From Takakia lepidozioides (lineage: Eukaryota > Plantae > Bryophyta), in contig CM060733.1 in the NCBI GenBank assembly GCA_030704615.1, forward strand, positions 49,786,001 to 49,850,000: a stretch of 64,000 nucleotides of DNA, in the 5' to 3' direction. Both the position numbers and the translations under genes were made by a program. The notes below the pieces were generated by a model. The model was given only the letters and a program-made list of their open reading frames with translations, had not been told where the DNA came from and searched no databases. This document shows, piece by piece, positions 49,875 to 61,210 of this stretch; within the stretch, counting starts at the first letter, position 1; the number at the start of each line of letters is the position of its first letter.

Positions 49875-50869
49875 CGTTAGTTAGATTAGGGATTGGGGCA
49901 AGGCCCTAGAGACGTCATATCTGTCTCGATGATGGTACTGAGAGCTTGCCTGTAGCTTCAGTACACATCAAAGTATATGAGGAGATGCGAGGAGGCCGAA
50001 CGGGGGAGACCTTGAGAAAAACTAAGTCCCCCGGCTCTCTCACCGCAACCTGCGGAGCCATCCTCCTTTTCTTACATAGTTGCATTAAGAAGCAGACTTA
50101 CGAAGCTTACTATATTTTTGGAACACAAACCAAAAGACATACCCCCCATATTCCTGTAGTGCATGCATACTGCATGCATCAGCCTTGCCAACATGATTTG
50201 CATAAATTTGGCCATTTAATAAAGACACGGCTTCTCCCACTACAGGTGTGGAGTCAAACACACCTGTGGAAGCTCGCCTAGCCCATAGAGTGGGAAAATG
50301 GTGAACCCCTTTGGAAACCCCTTTGCATAGTTCCTCCTTCATCGCGGAAAACCCTAGCTTGGGCTTTGTCTTCCTGCCCAGGCAGTAGCCCGACAAATAC
50401 TTGGAAATATGTTATGTACTTTATTGATATATGGAACGTATATATAAGCAGGCAGGGTCCCGGGTAACACAATCCGTTGCCTCATCTTAGAGTCAACCTC
50501 CTACATGCGAGCAAAGTAACTGTCATAGGTATTGATGGCAATTGTTATTCGCTTTAATCTCATAGCTTGAGCTTCATGGCTAACTTTGAGCCCTGCACTC
50601 TTCGCCTTAAGCCTCGAGCTCCACAATTCTTGCCTCTAGCCTTACACTCATGTCATCATCATGGACACTTGATGTTGAAGCAACACTCCCTTCCCCCTTC
50701 TTCCCTCCTCCGTTAATAGCTCTATACAAGCTTCTTTCGCATCCATCGCATCCAATCGATCCAACAATGTTAGACCTTTGTGAGTGTCGAGTAACAATAT
50801 TACCTCATCGAGATCGATTGTCCTCCTATTATTGGGAGGGAAGCTCATGATAGAGAAACTTGCCATTGG

Positions 50870-52195
50870 GAAACTTTAATTGTCACTCTTCGAAAACTTT
50901 TCTTCGACCCTCCACCAATAAATGACATATATAGAAAAAACAGCATTTAACATTAAGGGAAATATAATCCATTTAAGCTTAGATATACCTTTAAATCACA
51001 ATTTTTTTGACATCGCTTACTAATGACAAACGTGACACACTAGTTAAACAATATGATCAATTAGAACTAGTAGTGATAGATGAAATATCTTTTGTAGGTA
51101 GTCAAGTGTTCTCATTCATAGACAAAAAATTGAGTGCTATGAAATGCATACACAACAATTTTTTTGAAAATTTAGATGTCATTGTCACTAGTGATTTTTA
51201 TCAAGTCAAAATTAAAAAAATCAAACATATACATGTAATGTTTATTTTTTACATGATAAAATGAGATGCTACACATTAACAAAAGTCATGAGAAAAAATG
51301 ATTAAACATTTATTGAAATCTTAAATCGATTACGAACGACATCACATTCTATTGATGATATTAAAAACATGCATAGTGTATGTTACAGGTCACCGCCGTC
51401 AGATCCAACATTCAAGCACACAATGAAAATATTTTTAATCAAACAGAAAAACAAATTTTTTCATTCAAAGCAATAGACGTTCATCATCCGTTATGTCCTT
51501 CATACATCAAACCCCCTCTAGATGCCAATAAAACTGCGGGTAGGAATGTGCGCGTGAAACCCAACATGCTAGTATAATTGTGTGGAGGCAACTATGACAT
51601 CCAACATGGTTTAGTAAATGGAGCTCAAGGAATTTCAAAGAGGACACAACTTCATCACCACATCCGCTAATTTATTTTCCTAATGAACGAATAGGACATG
51701 AATCACGAGCTTCTTATTTTCACGTACATCAAAACAAACTCCAATTGCAGCCAAAATTAAAAGAATTCAATTCACGGATATTCTTGACCACGTAATAACT
51801 CGTATTCAGTTCCCAATTGAGTTTGCAACACGTACTATACATAGAGCGCATGATTGTAATATACAAACCTCTTTTGGTTTCTCTTCATAACGTTTTGCAA
51901 AATTTACAAAAAAATTATGATCGAACACCGAAAAATTGTCCAACGATTTTTAACAAAGATTTTAATATCAATCTTCACAAACCCAACATAGAATCTAACT
52001 CACTTCACTCATTCATGATAAACTACAACTTTCATCTTACATTCAATGAAGCTGCGATATATTATAATTCTCAATTAGATCATATATGGATTAATTCACC
52101 TACCCAACATTGTTTGTCTGGAACAAAAGAAGCTTCCAATGCTTCCAATGGTTTGTGGTCCGTCCAATGGTTTTGGTGCAACTGTACCCTATAAA
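50870..52195 (+). mobile_element. Helitron/Helentron remnant (PIF1 helicase plus APE endonuclease fragments)
   Basis: AT-rich block encoding LVVIDEISFV, DVIVTSDFYQ, GLVNGA, RIQFPIEFA..TIH, followed by EN-like PTIFNKDFNINL...SQLDHIWIN. Confidence 0.8.
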
Positions 52196-52239
52196 TCCAC
52201 CATGCCTCAAAACATGTAACTCCTATGAGCGCACCAACA

Positions 52240-52470
52240 GTCAGTAGCTCAGTTGGTAAAGTCACTTGAGTGCCATCCGGATGACCCTGGGGTCAAATCC
52301 TGCTACTTGACAGGTGTGGTACGCTCTTCTCCCCCCTTCTCTGCGCTGTGTCGCATCAGAAAGCCTTATGGCGAGGTTACTGAGAGGTTATTTTCTCCTC
52401 TCTCTATCAAGGTGCCTGATTTGTAAGCTGTCGCTCCCAGGTGTTTTCCCTTTATTTATTTTATTTAAAT
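52240..52470 (+). mobile_element. tRNA-derived (Gly-GCC-like) SINE or tRNA pseudogene
   Basis: A-box TAGCTCAGTTGG, B-box-like GGGTCAAATCC, TGCCA anticodon loop, GTCAGTA/TACTTGAC ends (52240-52312), followed by a body and an AT-rich tail. Confidence 0.55.
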
Positions 52471-53442
52471 GACCCCAGTTTAAAAACATACAACCCCCAT
52501 GACCGTGGGTTGTGCTCGCCTGAGCATGCTCACGATGTGCTCACGGGATACCAACCCCCTCTCAAGTCTGGTTCACATAGGTACCCTGACTGAAACACCT
52601 CGCAGATCCATGGAGAGACCTGCTTCGCTGACGGTAGGGAGTGGTGGCTTGGATTGAAAATTCTTGCACTCTCATGCAAGGAAGTAAGATTCAACCCACG
52701 TTGTGGGCGGCTGTAGACTGTTGACCCATGCTGCAGCGGTCAAAACTTCAAAACACTCATCTATAAACAAGTCTTTTGACCATCGTCTGTGACGGTATAA
52801 GTGCAACTATTCTTGGAATTTTCTCAGCTTTGAAGCCAGGGCTATCATTCTTTTGAAGTGAGCTTGAAAAAAGAGTATTTTTTCTTCCAGAGAATCAGGA
52901 GTAGGAACTTGGATGTGACAGATAACAAATCCTTGCCTATCATAGTAAGTATAAGACGGCGTCAAATCTCCACACTTCATTCTTTGTTTGGATGCTACTT
53001 ACAGAGACAACAGAGCTGCACTGCAGATTAGCAGGTGCCAAGACTTGCCTGTCTCCAGCCTCTCCAAATTAAGACTGTGCCGTCTGACCAATACCACAGC
53101 CGCCCTGTTGGGCGTTCCGTGTCCCCACTTCGTTATATTTGGGTGGGCCCCTTCTAGCTACACCACTTAAATAGATTTCTCAACACCCACCATACCAGAT
53201 CGCTCTCTCTCTCTCAAGTGTGCTGCAAAAACAATCACACACAACGCACTTCAGGGTTTCTTGTCCCAGTTTCAAGGAACTGCTACGTAGATCAATCGTG
53301 CTAAAGCTCAGTCGTGATTCAGTTGCTGAAAGCCGTAGTCGTTGCAATCTTTCAAGTTGTCTAGTTTCTAGCTCTTTCGTCCGAAAACGGCGATTTGCCT
53401 TCTGGGATCCATTTCTCTTCTTTTCTACATCCACCAACAGTC

Positions 53443-56224
53443 ATGGTGTCAATAAACGGAGATGAGGTAGTTGGCAATGGCTCCACGTATCACCCAGAGG
53501 CATGTCCTGAAAAATCTCTCTGCATTGGGGCTCAGTTCTCAGACCCGCTAAACTGGGGGAAGGTTGCAAAAGCTCTACAATGCAGCCATCTGGAGGAGGT
53601 GAAGCAAATGGTGAATACTTTCTACACCGCAAAGGAGGTTGCCATCGAGGGTGTGAATTTGACGGTAGCTCAAGTGGCAGCAGTAGCACGACGTCCTGAA
53701 GTCAGAGTAGAACTGGACGCTGCAAGAGCCAAGGACAGAGTAGATGAAAGCTCCAATTGGGTCCTTCAAAAGATCATGAATGGTGGAGATATCTATGGGG
53801 TTACAACGGGTTTTGGAGCGACCTCTCACCGGCGGACTCAGCAGGGGAAGGAGCTCCAGAAAGAGCTTATCAGGTAATGTCCACAGAGTCTCTGCTACCA
53901 AACTCAACTTGTCCTTGAGAACACTCCTGCTCGCCTATGTCAGACCAAAGAAAGTAATCCTTTGTGCTCTACAAGTAACTACTGACGGTCCTGATAAGTG
54001 AACCATGGCTAGACAGACTAATGTCTTGAGAAAATCCACTTGTCCAGCTGCTGATGTTATGTATATCTATACTTTTATGAGTTCAGGTTTCTCAATGCCG
54101 GAGTCATTGGTGCCAAGGGCGATGGTAACACCCTGCCAGCATGCACCACGCGGGCGGCCATGCTGGTGCGCACCAACACATTGATGCAAGGGTACTCAGG
54201 CATTCGTTGGGAAATTCTGGAAGCCATGCAAAAGCTTCTAAATTCTCATGTCACTCCAAAATTGCCGTTGAGAGGAACTGTAACTGCTTCAGGAGACCTT
54301 GTCCCTCTGTCTTATATTGCTGGTATGTTGGACGCTTGTCTTTGGCTGGTGATGAATCCAATGACTTCTTTTATGCTTCCTAGGATTTTTGTGATTAGAA
54401 CACTGCGTTGAGCAACTGTTGATTCTCAATTGACAGCGTGAGAACAGCTTTCAGGTAGGTAAGTAAAGCTTACAATGCAAGTCTTGTGATTGATATGATA
54501 ATGGTGTACTGAGAGCTTTGCAACCCATTTTTGTCAAATGCAGGGCTCCTAACTGCCAGGCCCAACTCCAGAGCTGTCACTGAGGATGGAGAGGAGATTT
54601 CAGCTGTAGAAGCTCTCAAGCTCGCCGGAGTGGAGAAGCCCTTTGAGCTGCAGCCAAAAGAGGGGCTCGCCCTTGTTAATGGCACGGCAGTGGGGTCAGG
54701 CTTGGCCTCAACAGTCTGTTATGATGGAAATGTGTTAGCCCTACTCGCTGAGGTTCTCTCAGCGCTCTTTTGCGAGGTGATGCAAGGCAAGCCAGAGTTT
54801 GCTGATCCGTTAACTCACAAGCTGAAGCACCACCCAGGTCAGATGGAGGCAGCAGCCATCATGGAGTGGATTCTTGATGGAAGCTCTTACATGAAGGCAG
54901 CTGCTGCATTGCACGAGACTGACCCGTTGAAGAAACCCAAGCAGGATCGTTATGCGCTGCGTACTTCCCCACAATGGCTGGGTCCGCAGGTACACCTCTT
55001 ATGTGTTTCACAAACATATTTGCTTAAAACAAATCTTTGTGGATTCTCCTCGTTAGATTTTCCGCTGTGTTGATCACATATGGATGCAGTTTTGCCCAGG
55101 TTTGAATTTTGCTATGCTGGATGTCCAACTGACAGCTTGGATATTGTTTCTAGGTGGAGGCCATTCGCAATGCCACTCATGCAATTGAGAGGGAAATCAA
55201 CTCCGTGAATGACAACCCAATTATTGATGCTACTGGGGACCGGGCCCTCCATGGCGGCAACTTCCAAGGTACCCCTATTGGAGTGTCTATGGATAACATG
55301 CGCTTGGCCATAGCCGCAATTGGGAAGCTGATGTTTGCACAATTCTCCGAGCTTGTCAATGACTACTACAACAATGGGTTGCCCTCGAATCTGAGTGGAG
55401 GGCCTAACCCTAGTCTGGACTACGGCATGAAGGGAGGGGAGATAGCAATGGCATCATACCTCTCGGAGCTCAACTACCTGGCCAACCCAGTGACCACCCA
55501 TGTACAGAGTGCTGAGCAACACAACCAGGATGTGAACTCATTGGGATTAGTGTCCGCAAGGAAAACTGACGAATCCATTGAGATTTTGAAACTCATGAGC
55601 TCCACTTTCTTGGTTGGTCTCTGCCAGGCTGTTGACCTCCGACACATTGAGGAGACAATGCAGTCTGCAGTCAAGCAAGTTGTTGCCCAGGTTGCCAAGA
55701 AGACACTTGTTACAGACGACAATGGCACACTTTTGCCATCGCGTTTCTGCGAGAAGGACCTGCTGGGTGTGGTGGATCGTCAGCCTGTTTTCAGCTACAT
55801 TGATGATGTTACGAGTGCAACGTACCCTCTCATGCAAAAGTTGAGGGAAGTGTTGGTGGACCACTCCCTTAAAAACCCCAAGAATGAGAAGTTGGAATCC
55901 ACCTCTGTTTTCCACAGGATTTCAATCTTTGAGGAGGAATTACAAGCACAGCTGAACAGCACGGTGCCTCTGGTCCGGGATGCCTACGATTATAAGGGTT
56001 ATTCTCCAGTGCCCAACCGTATTCATGACTGCAGGACATACCCTCTGTACAAGTTCGTTCGTTCAGAGTTGGGCACCCAGCTGCTGTCAGGCCTGAGGGA
56101 AGTGTCTCCAGGACAGGAGATTGAGAAGGTGTACAATGCCATCTCCGAGGGAAAGCTTGTGGCACCATTGCTCCAATGCGTTGAAGGGTGGACTGGAACT
56201 CCAGGACCATTTGCAGAATGCTAG
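53443..56224 (+). CDS. PAL: Phenylalanine ammonia-lyase, 4 exons (53443-53873, 54087-54322, 54544-54989, 55154-56224), 727 aa
   Basis: [15 protein letters not shown]; ELIRFLNAG (Phe-selective residue); MIO motif [17 protein letters not shown]; [16 protein letters not shown]; HGGNFQG; [13 protein letters not shown]. Exons sum to 2184 nt. Confidence 0.97.
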
Positions 56225-57749
56225 AGCCTTCGTTGAGATTTTATTCATCTATTAAGTGTAGTATAGCAGAGTAAATCATAGGAGAATCAGAACGTACATA
56301 GTAGTAACCCATTCATCCACGGAAGCAGAAAAAACAAAATGTAGGCTGCTCTCTGGATCCAACCAGACAGACACTAGTGTCACTACCATTTGTGGCAAAC
56401 TAGGAACTAGCACATACTGTGAATAACTTGAGTTCTGTAGCTGGACCCCTCAAATTTCAGTCCTTTGAAAGCATCCTGGAGACAGTTTCATATGTAATTC
56501 AAAACCGTGGCTGCTTTGCAGGCTCCTCGATACTAGTTATCAATAACAAATATACCTGCACATTCACCCCATTTAATTTTGAACATGTTGTCGAATGTAC
56601 TGAAAACTTGTACTAGTGAGTGTTGATTTGGAATCATGAGGCTCAAGGTACCTGAGCAGATTCAAGCAGGTGCTCCACGAAAGAGTGTAGGAGTATCGAT
56701 TTTTGTTGCAGAAGGTACCAAAGGCAGAGCTATGTGGAGCATCCGTGTTCATGTCCAAATGCAGTAGGAGCAAGATTTTCCCATCTGCAGAACCATTGTG
56801 TAGTCTGGACGAGCAAGGAGCTTTGTAAGTTAGATAATCTACATGGAATTCTACACCTTTGTTGTAGAAGTGAATGGACGCAGCCAACTCTGGCTTAAAT
56901 TATAGTAACCCAAGAATAACAGCTGAGCAATTTGCCTAATCGGCTGGTGATGAATGTTTTGACTAACCTTCATAATAAGGTATGGGAAGATTTCTACCTC
57001 AAAAGCTTCCTGCTTTTGTCCAAGGGAGTGGAAAAACATGAATTTCTTGTTTCAGTTATTCTGCCTCCTAGCCTAGTCATGCCAAGCAAATATGCAAATC
57101 CCCATCAGAAAGGATTGCAGTAGGCTTGACTTTTACAGTCTTGTCCATACAAGGCTGGGGAGTGGCTCTAGACGTCACAACCCAAGGTACCAAAATTACA
57201 ATTTAGCATGTGCACCTATTATGGTAACTTGTGAGTTACCACTCAAAATTACTCCAAAGTAGATGAGATCTATTAAAAAGTATTCAAACTACAAAAGGCT
57301 GGAGTAGCTGAAGAACTTTCCAATGGTATCTTTCATCTTCTAAAATGGTTACAATAAAGTTCCAAGAAACAAGGTGCACCACAATACGAACATGGTGCGC
57401 TAAAATAGGACCATGACTTTTAACCTGGAAAAAAGGCAGAATTTCAATAAACTTTTGACTAAAGAAATCTGTCATATATAAAGCCTGTTCTATTGAGGTA
57501 TTACATGACCTCAGAGGTTAAAAGCACAAAAAGTTATTAATATTTCATTAACTTGTTGAGCCATACCTGGTGCTTGTACCCTGGTTGCATTTGGCTGTTT
57601 CCTTCCCATTTGAAGATTGAGTTCACTCAAAGAACGAGCTAAGAGAGGAAGCTCTGACCCGGGCTTGGGTCTATGCCAAGTCACCACCGCATATAAGGAA
57701 TTGACCATAATTAACTCTGCAATACCAAGTCACCTACTCTCTAGCACAT

Positions 57750-57892
57750 TATTCTCAGGAGCGAGTGACCCTCTTCAGGAACATCAAGAACATGTTCCTG
57801 CACCTCTGTTCACCAACTCCAAAAATCTTGAGGCTAAGACTCAAGCCCTGGCCTTGTTGGGGTCTAATTGCTGGACAACCCCCACAGCAGGT
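57750..57892 (+). mobile_element. Internal 3' fragment of the RTE-X-like LINE
   Basis: cctgcacctctgttcaccaac...aatcttgaggct..agccctggcc..gggtctaattgctgg matches 3990-4070 and 9845-9925. Confidence 0.8.
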
Positions 57893-57938
57893 TAATGTCC
57901 ATCCATCTGCTAAAAATACTGGAACAGACCATCTCACC

Positions 57939-58862
57939 TCACCCCTGAAGCACTTTGCAGGGGTCGAGCTGGCCACTGAAGTAGCTGGATGGGACCGCTG
58001 AGAGTTCTTGCCGACCTCTCCACTCCTCCCCAGGCTTCAACGTGATAGGCTTCTCTATTGCAGCCGCTTCCACGCACAACATGCATTTGTATTCTTCGTC
58101 GCCAAAGTCGGCCAAAGATTTTGCCTTCTTTTCCCATGGATTCCAGACAACTGCATCAGGAAGGCCCTCCTTCTTCAACACAAATGTCCGTTTCTTCTCG
58201 TGGTCAATGATGGCAATCTTAGTTGGTGTACTCAAGTAGATTCGATCCATCTCAGTATCGAAAGTAATTGCGTCACCCTGTTCAGTGAAACGTTCTTTCT
58301 CCTTCAAATTATCAAAGAAGTCCAGAGTCTCCAACCCTTCAACTCGCACTTCACTTACGTCAGAGACAGAGAGATAGGTGTGCAGGGCAAATGTGAACGT
58401 GAAAAGCTTGTCGCCTGTATTCCTCACGCGTGTGATCAAAGTCAAGTCTCCTTCTTTACCTAAGGCCACTCGAAGGCAAAGCTCAAAGTTGTGAGGCCAG
58501 ATCTTCAGTTCATCCTCAGTGGGCTTCAGGATTAGGTCAACATACGCCTTACTGCTGCTGGCACTGAAAGGAGGGGGCGGATTCGGGTCAATCGCCCACA
58601 GCCTGTTTCTTGCAAATCCGTGCTGCTCCAGAGGTCCATATCCACCAAACTGGGGGAAGCAGATAGGGATACCGCCCCGGATCGCCTTGGGAGGCTTGAA
58701 GGTTGCCTTACAGCTCAAAAACAGCAACTCTTCGCCTTTCTCATTCTTCCATGAAGTCACCTGCCCACCATGCAGATGCACCTGCGCTACAGCTCCACCA
58801 GGCTCCCTCAACACCACCTTCTCCATTCCCGTAGTGCCATCCTTCACCACTTCCACCATCAT
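57939..58862 (-). CDS. Glucose-6-phosphate 1-epimerase (aldose 1-epimerase family), intronless
   Basis: AIRGGIPICFPQF; QHGFARN; FALHTY; DAVVWNPW; MLCVE. Single uninterrupted 307-aa ORF. Confidence 0.95.
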   Translation of the reverse strand: MMVEVVKDGTTGMEKVVLREPGGAVAQVHLHGGQVTSWKNEKGEELLFLSCKATFKPPKAIRGGIPICFPQFGGYGPLEQHGFARNRLWAIDPNPPPPFSASSSKAYVDLILKPTEDELKIWPHNFELCLRVALGKEGDLTLITRVRNTGDKLFTFTFALHTYLSVSDVSEVRVEGLETLDFFDNLKEKERFTEQGDAITFDTEMDRIYLSTPTKIAIIDHEKKRTFVLKKEGLPDAVVWNPWEKKAKSLADFGDEEYKCMLCVEAAAIEKPITLKPGEEWRGRQELSAVPSSYFSGQLDPCKVLQG

Positions 58863-58899
58863 CTCTTCCCTAAACCTCTCTCTGCTCTACCCCCGATCA

Positions 58900-59120
58900 G
58901 ATACAACCCCGCAATACTCGCCCACACACAATCTCCCCCTTAATACTCAAACCCCAAAACTCAGCCTGGTTGGTTTTGCCATACCCTCACCTGTACCCTT
59001 ATATATATGTATGTACATACCCCCGCCCACTGCCACATACATATATATATAAGGGCCCCAGGTTAGTGTCAGGTGTGAAGATTAGAGGGTGGTCCAAGAA
59101 TAAAAAAGCGGGGGTTATAG
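58900..59120. repeat. Imperfect fold-back (inverted repeat) upstream of the epimerase
   Basis: cccttatatatatgtatgt (58996-59014) pairs with acatacatatatatataaggg (59035-59055). Outer arms cacctg/caggtg and aaccccgc/gcgggggtt. Confidence 0.6.
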
Positions 59121-61210
59121 TAAGCTACACAAGGATTCTGATGAACCCTGGAAATTGGCCTGGCAGACCAGACCCCCTAGCAGGTTGGGGACCATAGCTC
59201 TAGATTGTGGACGAACCAGTCTTGTCCACCCATAGGGTTGGATGCCCACCTTCCTTCCGCATCCAATGCCGAAAAAAAAACAGGAAACCACCGTTGGATC
59301 TCCGAGATTATAAAGTTTGATCTTGGGCCAATGGTGAAATCAACATAGACTGGCTCTGTCAAATGTTGGATGGCAAAATAAGGGGGTAAGAATAAAGAAG
59401 GCAGGAAGGCGAGAGCTATTAAATTGGGGATGGTTCATGCGCGAAGTTGGGGTAAAAAGGTATCGCGTGGTGGTCTAGGGGTGACATGTGCCCCAGGGCA
59501 ACCTTCTAGAACTAGGACTGAAATCACAATATCTTTTTGTATGTCCATGGTAGCCAAACTGTTCAAGTCTACCCTTCTACTTCTTATTGTGAAGCACAAA
59601 AGCCAATACCCTTGTACCTTTGTCTCTGATTTTAGTTGAGATTGTAGTTGGCTATGTGCTGTTGCAGGATCCCCAAGGCCATGCTTTAATATTTCACAAA
59701 CTGATGCCACTGATGTCAATTGTTTGTATCACAAAACTAAAGCTAGGCCCCCATTTTCAATAAAAGGGGATGGAGGCCCTTTAAGTCATGTTAGATAGAG
59801 ACATGGAAAAAATAACCAGCAAGGAGGCCATCAAGCCGTGTACATCAAAATAAAAAAATGATCTAATCGCACACCAAAATATGCAGCACCCCACATCCTT
59901 TAACTTTTCCCTTCAATAATGATAATAAAGCTCTCAGGGGCTACATAAGCCCCCCACTCTAATTCCTGGGCCACAGTAATTCCTGGACCACTCTAGAATG
60001 AACAGGCCCGAATGAAACTGATCTACATATTCCCCTTTCTCCAAAAAAAGAAGAAGAAAGAAATTACAGCAAGTACACATCAGCAACTTGTTTGGGGATC
60101 CTGTGCTACAGCAAAATGCGGTGCATTGGGAGCCTACCCTCCTCCTCTCCTCACTCTTTCCTCATTCCCTACATCTCCCTGCTTTTCCCCATACAAAGCT
60201 AACTCACTTCCACAACCCCAGCTTTGATGGGTGAAGTCTCCGTAGTTGGCTCTTGGAACCTGTGGTGCCAGATTTGGATTAATGGTGCATGTATGGTGGT
60301 TCTTGTTGAAGTTGACATTTGTTGAACAGACAAGGATTGAATGGAACTGTGGTGCAAGAGATGGCCACAATTGCTGAAGAGTGTGCACATGTGCTCACCA
60401 CTTTGGTCAACAGCATGAAGAAAAAGCGTAAGTTTGAAGCTGCGGATATTTTGTGCCGGGCAGAGGAGGCAGCTGTGGTACTTCAATCAAAATCTATGTT
60501 CCCACTCACCTTCTTCTGGGTAGAGAAGCTCCAGAATCCCACACGTATCCTGTCTTATATGGCTTCCCTCTCTCCATTTTCATCTCGTGATTACAGGGAC
60601 ACATTTCCAGATCACTCAGAGGGCCAAATGGAATTTGGCAAGACTTCTTGGCTGAGGAAACTAAGTTATCTGGTTGTGGGAAGGAGGATGTCGTGGGGCA
60701 TATGTCAGGTGCCACACAGGATTCTTCTCAGAGTGGTTGGAATCTCACGCAAGTGACAGACCAAGGCAAGATGTTATAACCAACTTGAATGTTGGCTCAC
60801 CAGGAGGATCACCTATGGTACGCAAATATGCGGATCCTTTGGTTGACCCTTGCCCTATGCATGGCAATGACAAAAGTCTGAGTGTGTCAAAATCAGGACC
60901 CAACAAAGTCAGACAGAATACAATGAAGCCTCTCCAGCTCTGGGTAAGTAGAGAATAGGTGTCAATACGTATCAAGATTCGGTTGTGAGAGCAAAGTTTC
61001 ATACCGAATTCTTTGCAGGTAGCAACGATCTTCTGCTGTCCTAATCCACCCCTCTCCCCTTAATTCTCCCTCGAGATCACTCTAGACTCTAGACCCTCTC
61101 CCTCAAAACTCTCCCCTCGCTGCATCAAGTGCTCTCAATCGACATCCACCCATAGAGGTTGATGTAGGGACATCCACCCTACCTATCAATCCATAGCTAT
61201 CAACACTGTT

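Noticed and set aside
53170-53200. AC-rich element (cacccaccatacc) upstream of PAL
   Set aside because: Resembles phenylpropanoid AC boxes but is too short and degenerate to support.
53443-58862. Biosynthetic gene cluster around PAL
   Set aside because: Neighbouring genes have no evident shared pathway.
60319-60958. ORFs with a KKKRK stretch
   Set aside because: Could be a TE remnant, but no diagnostic motif was seen.
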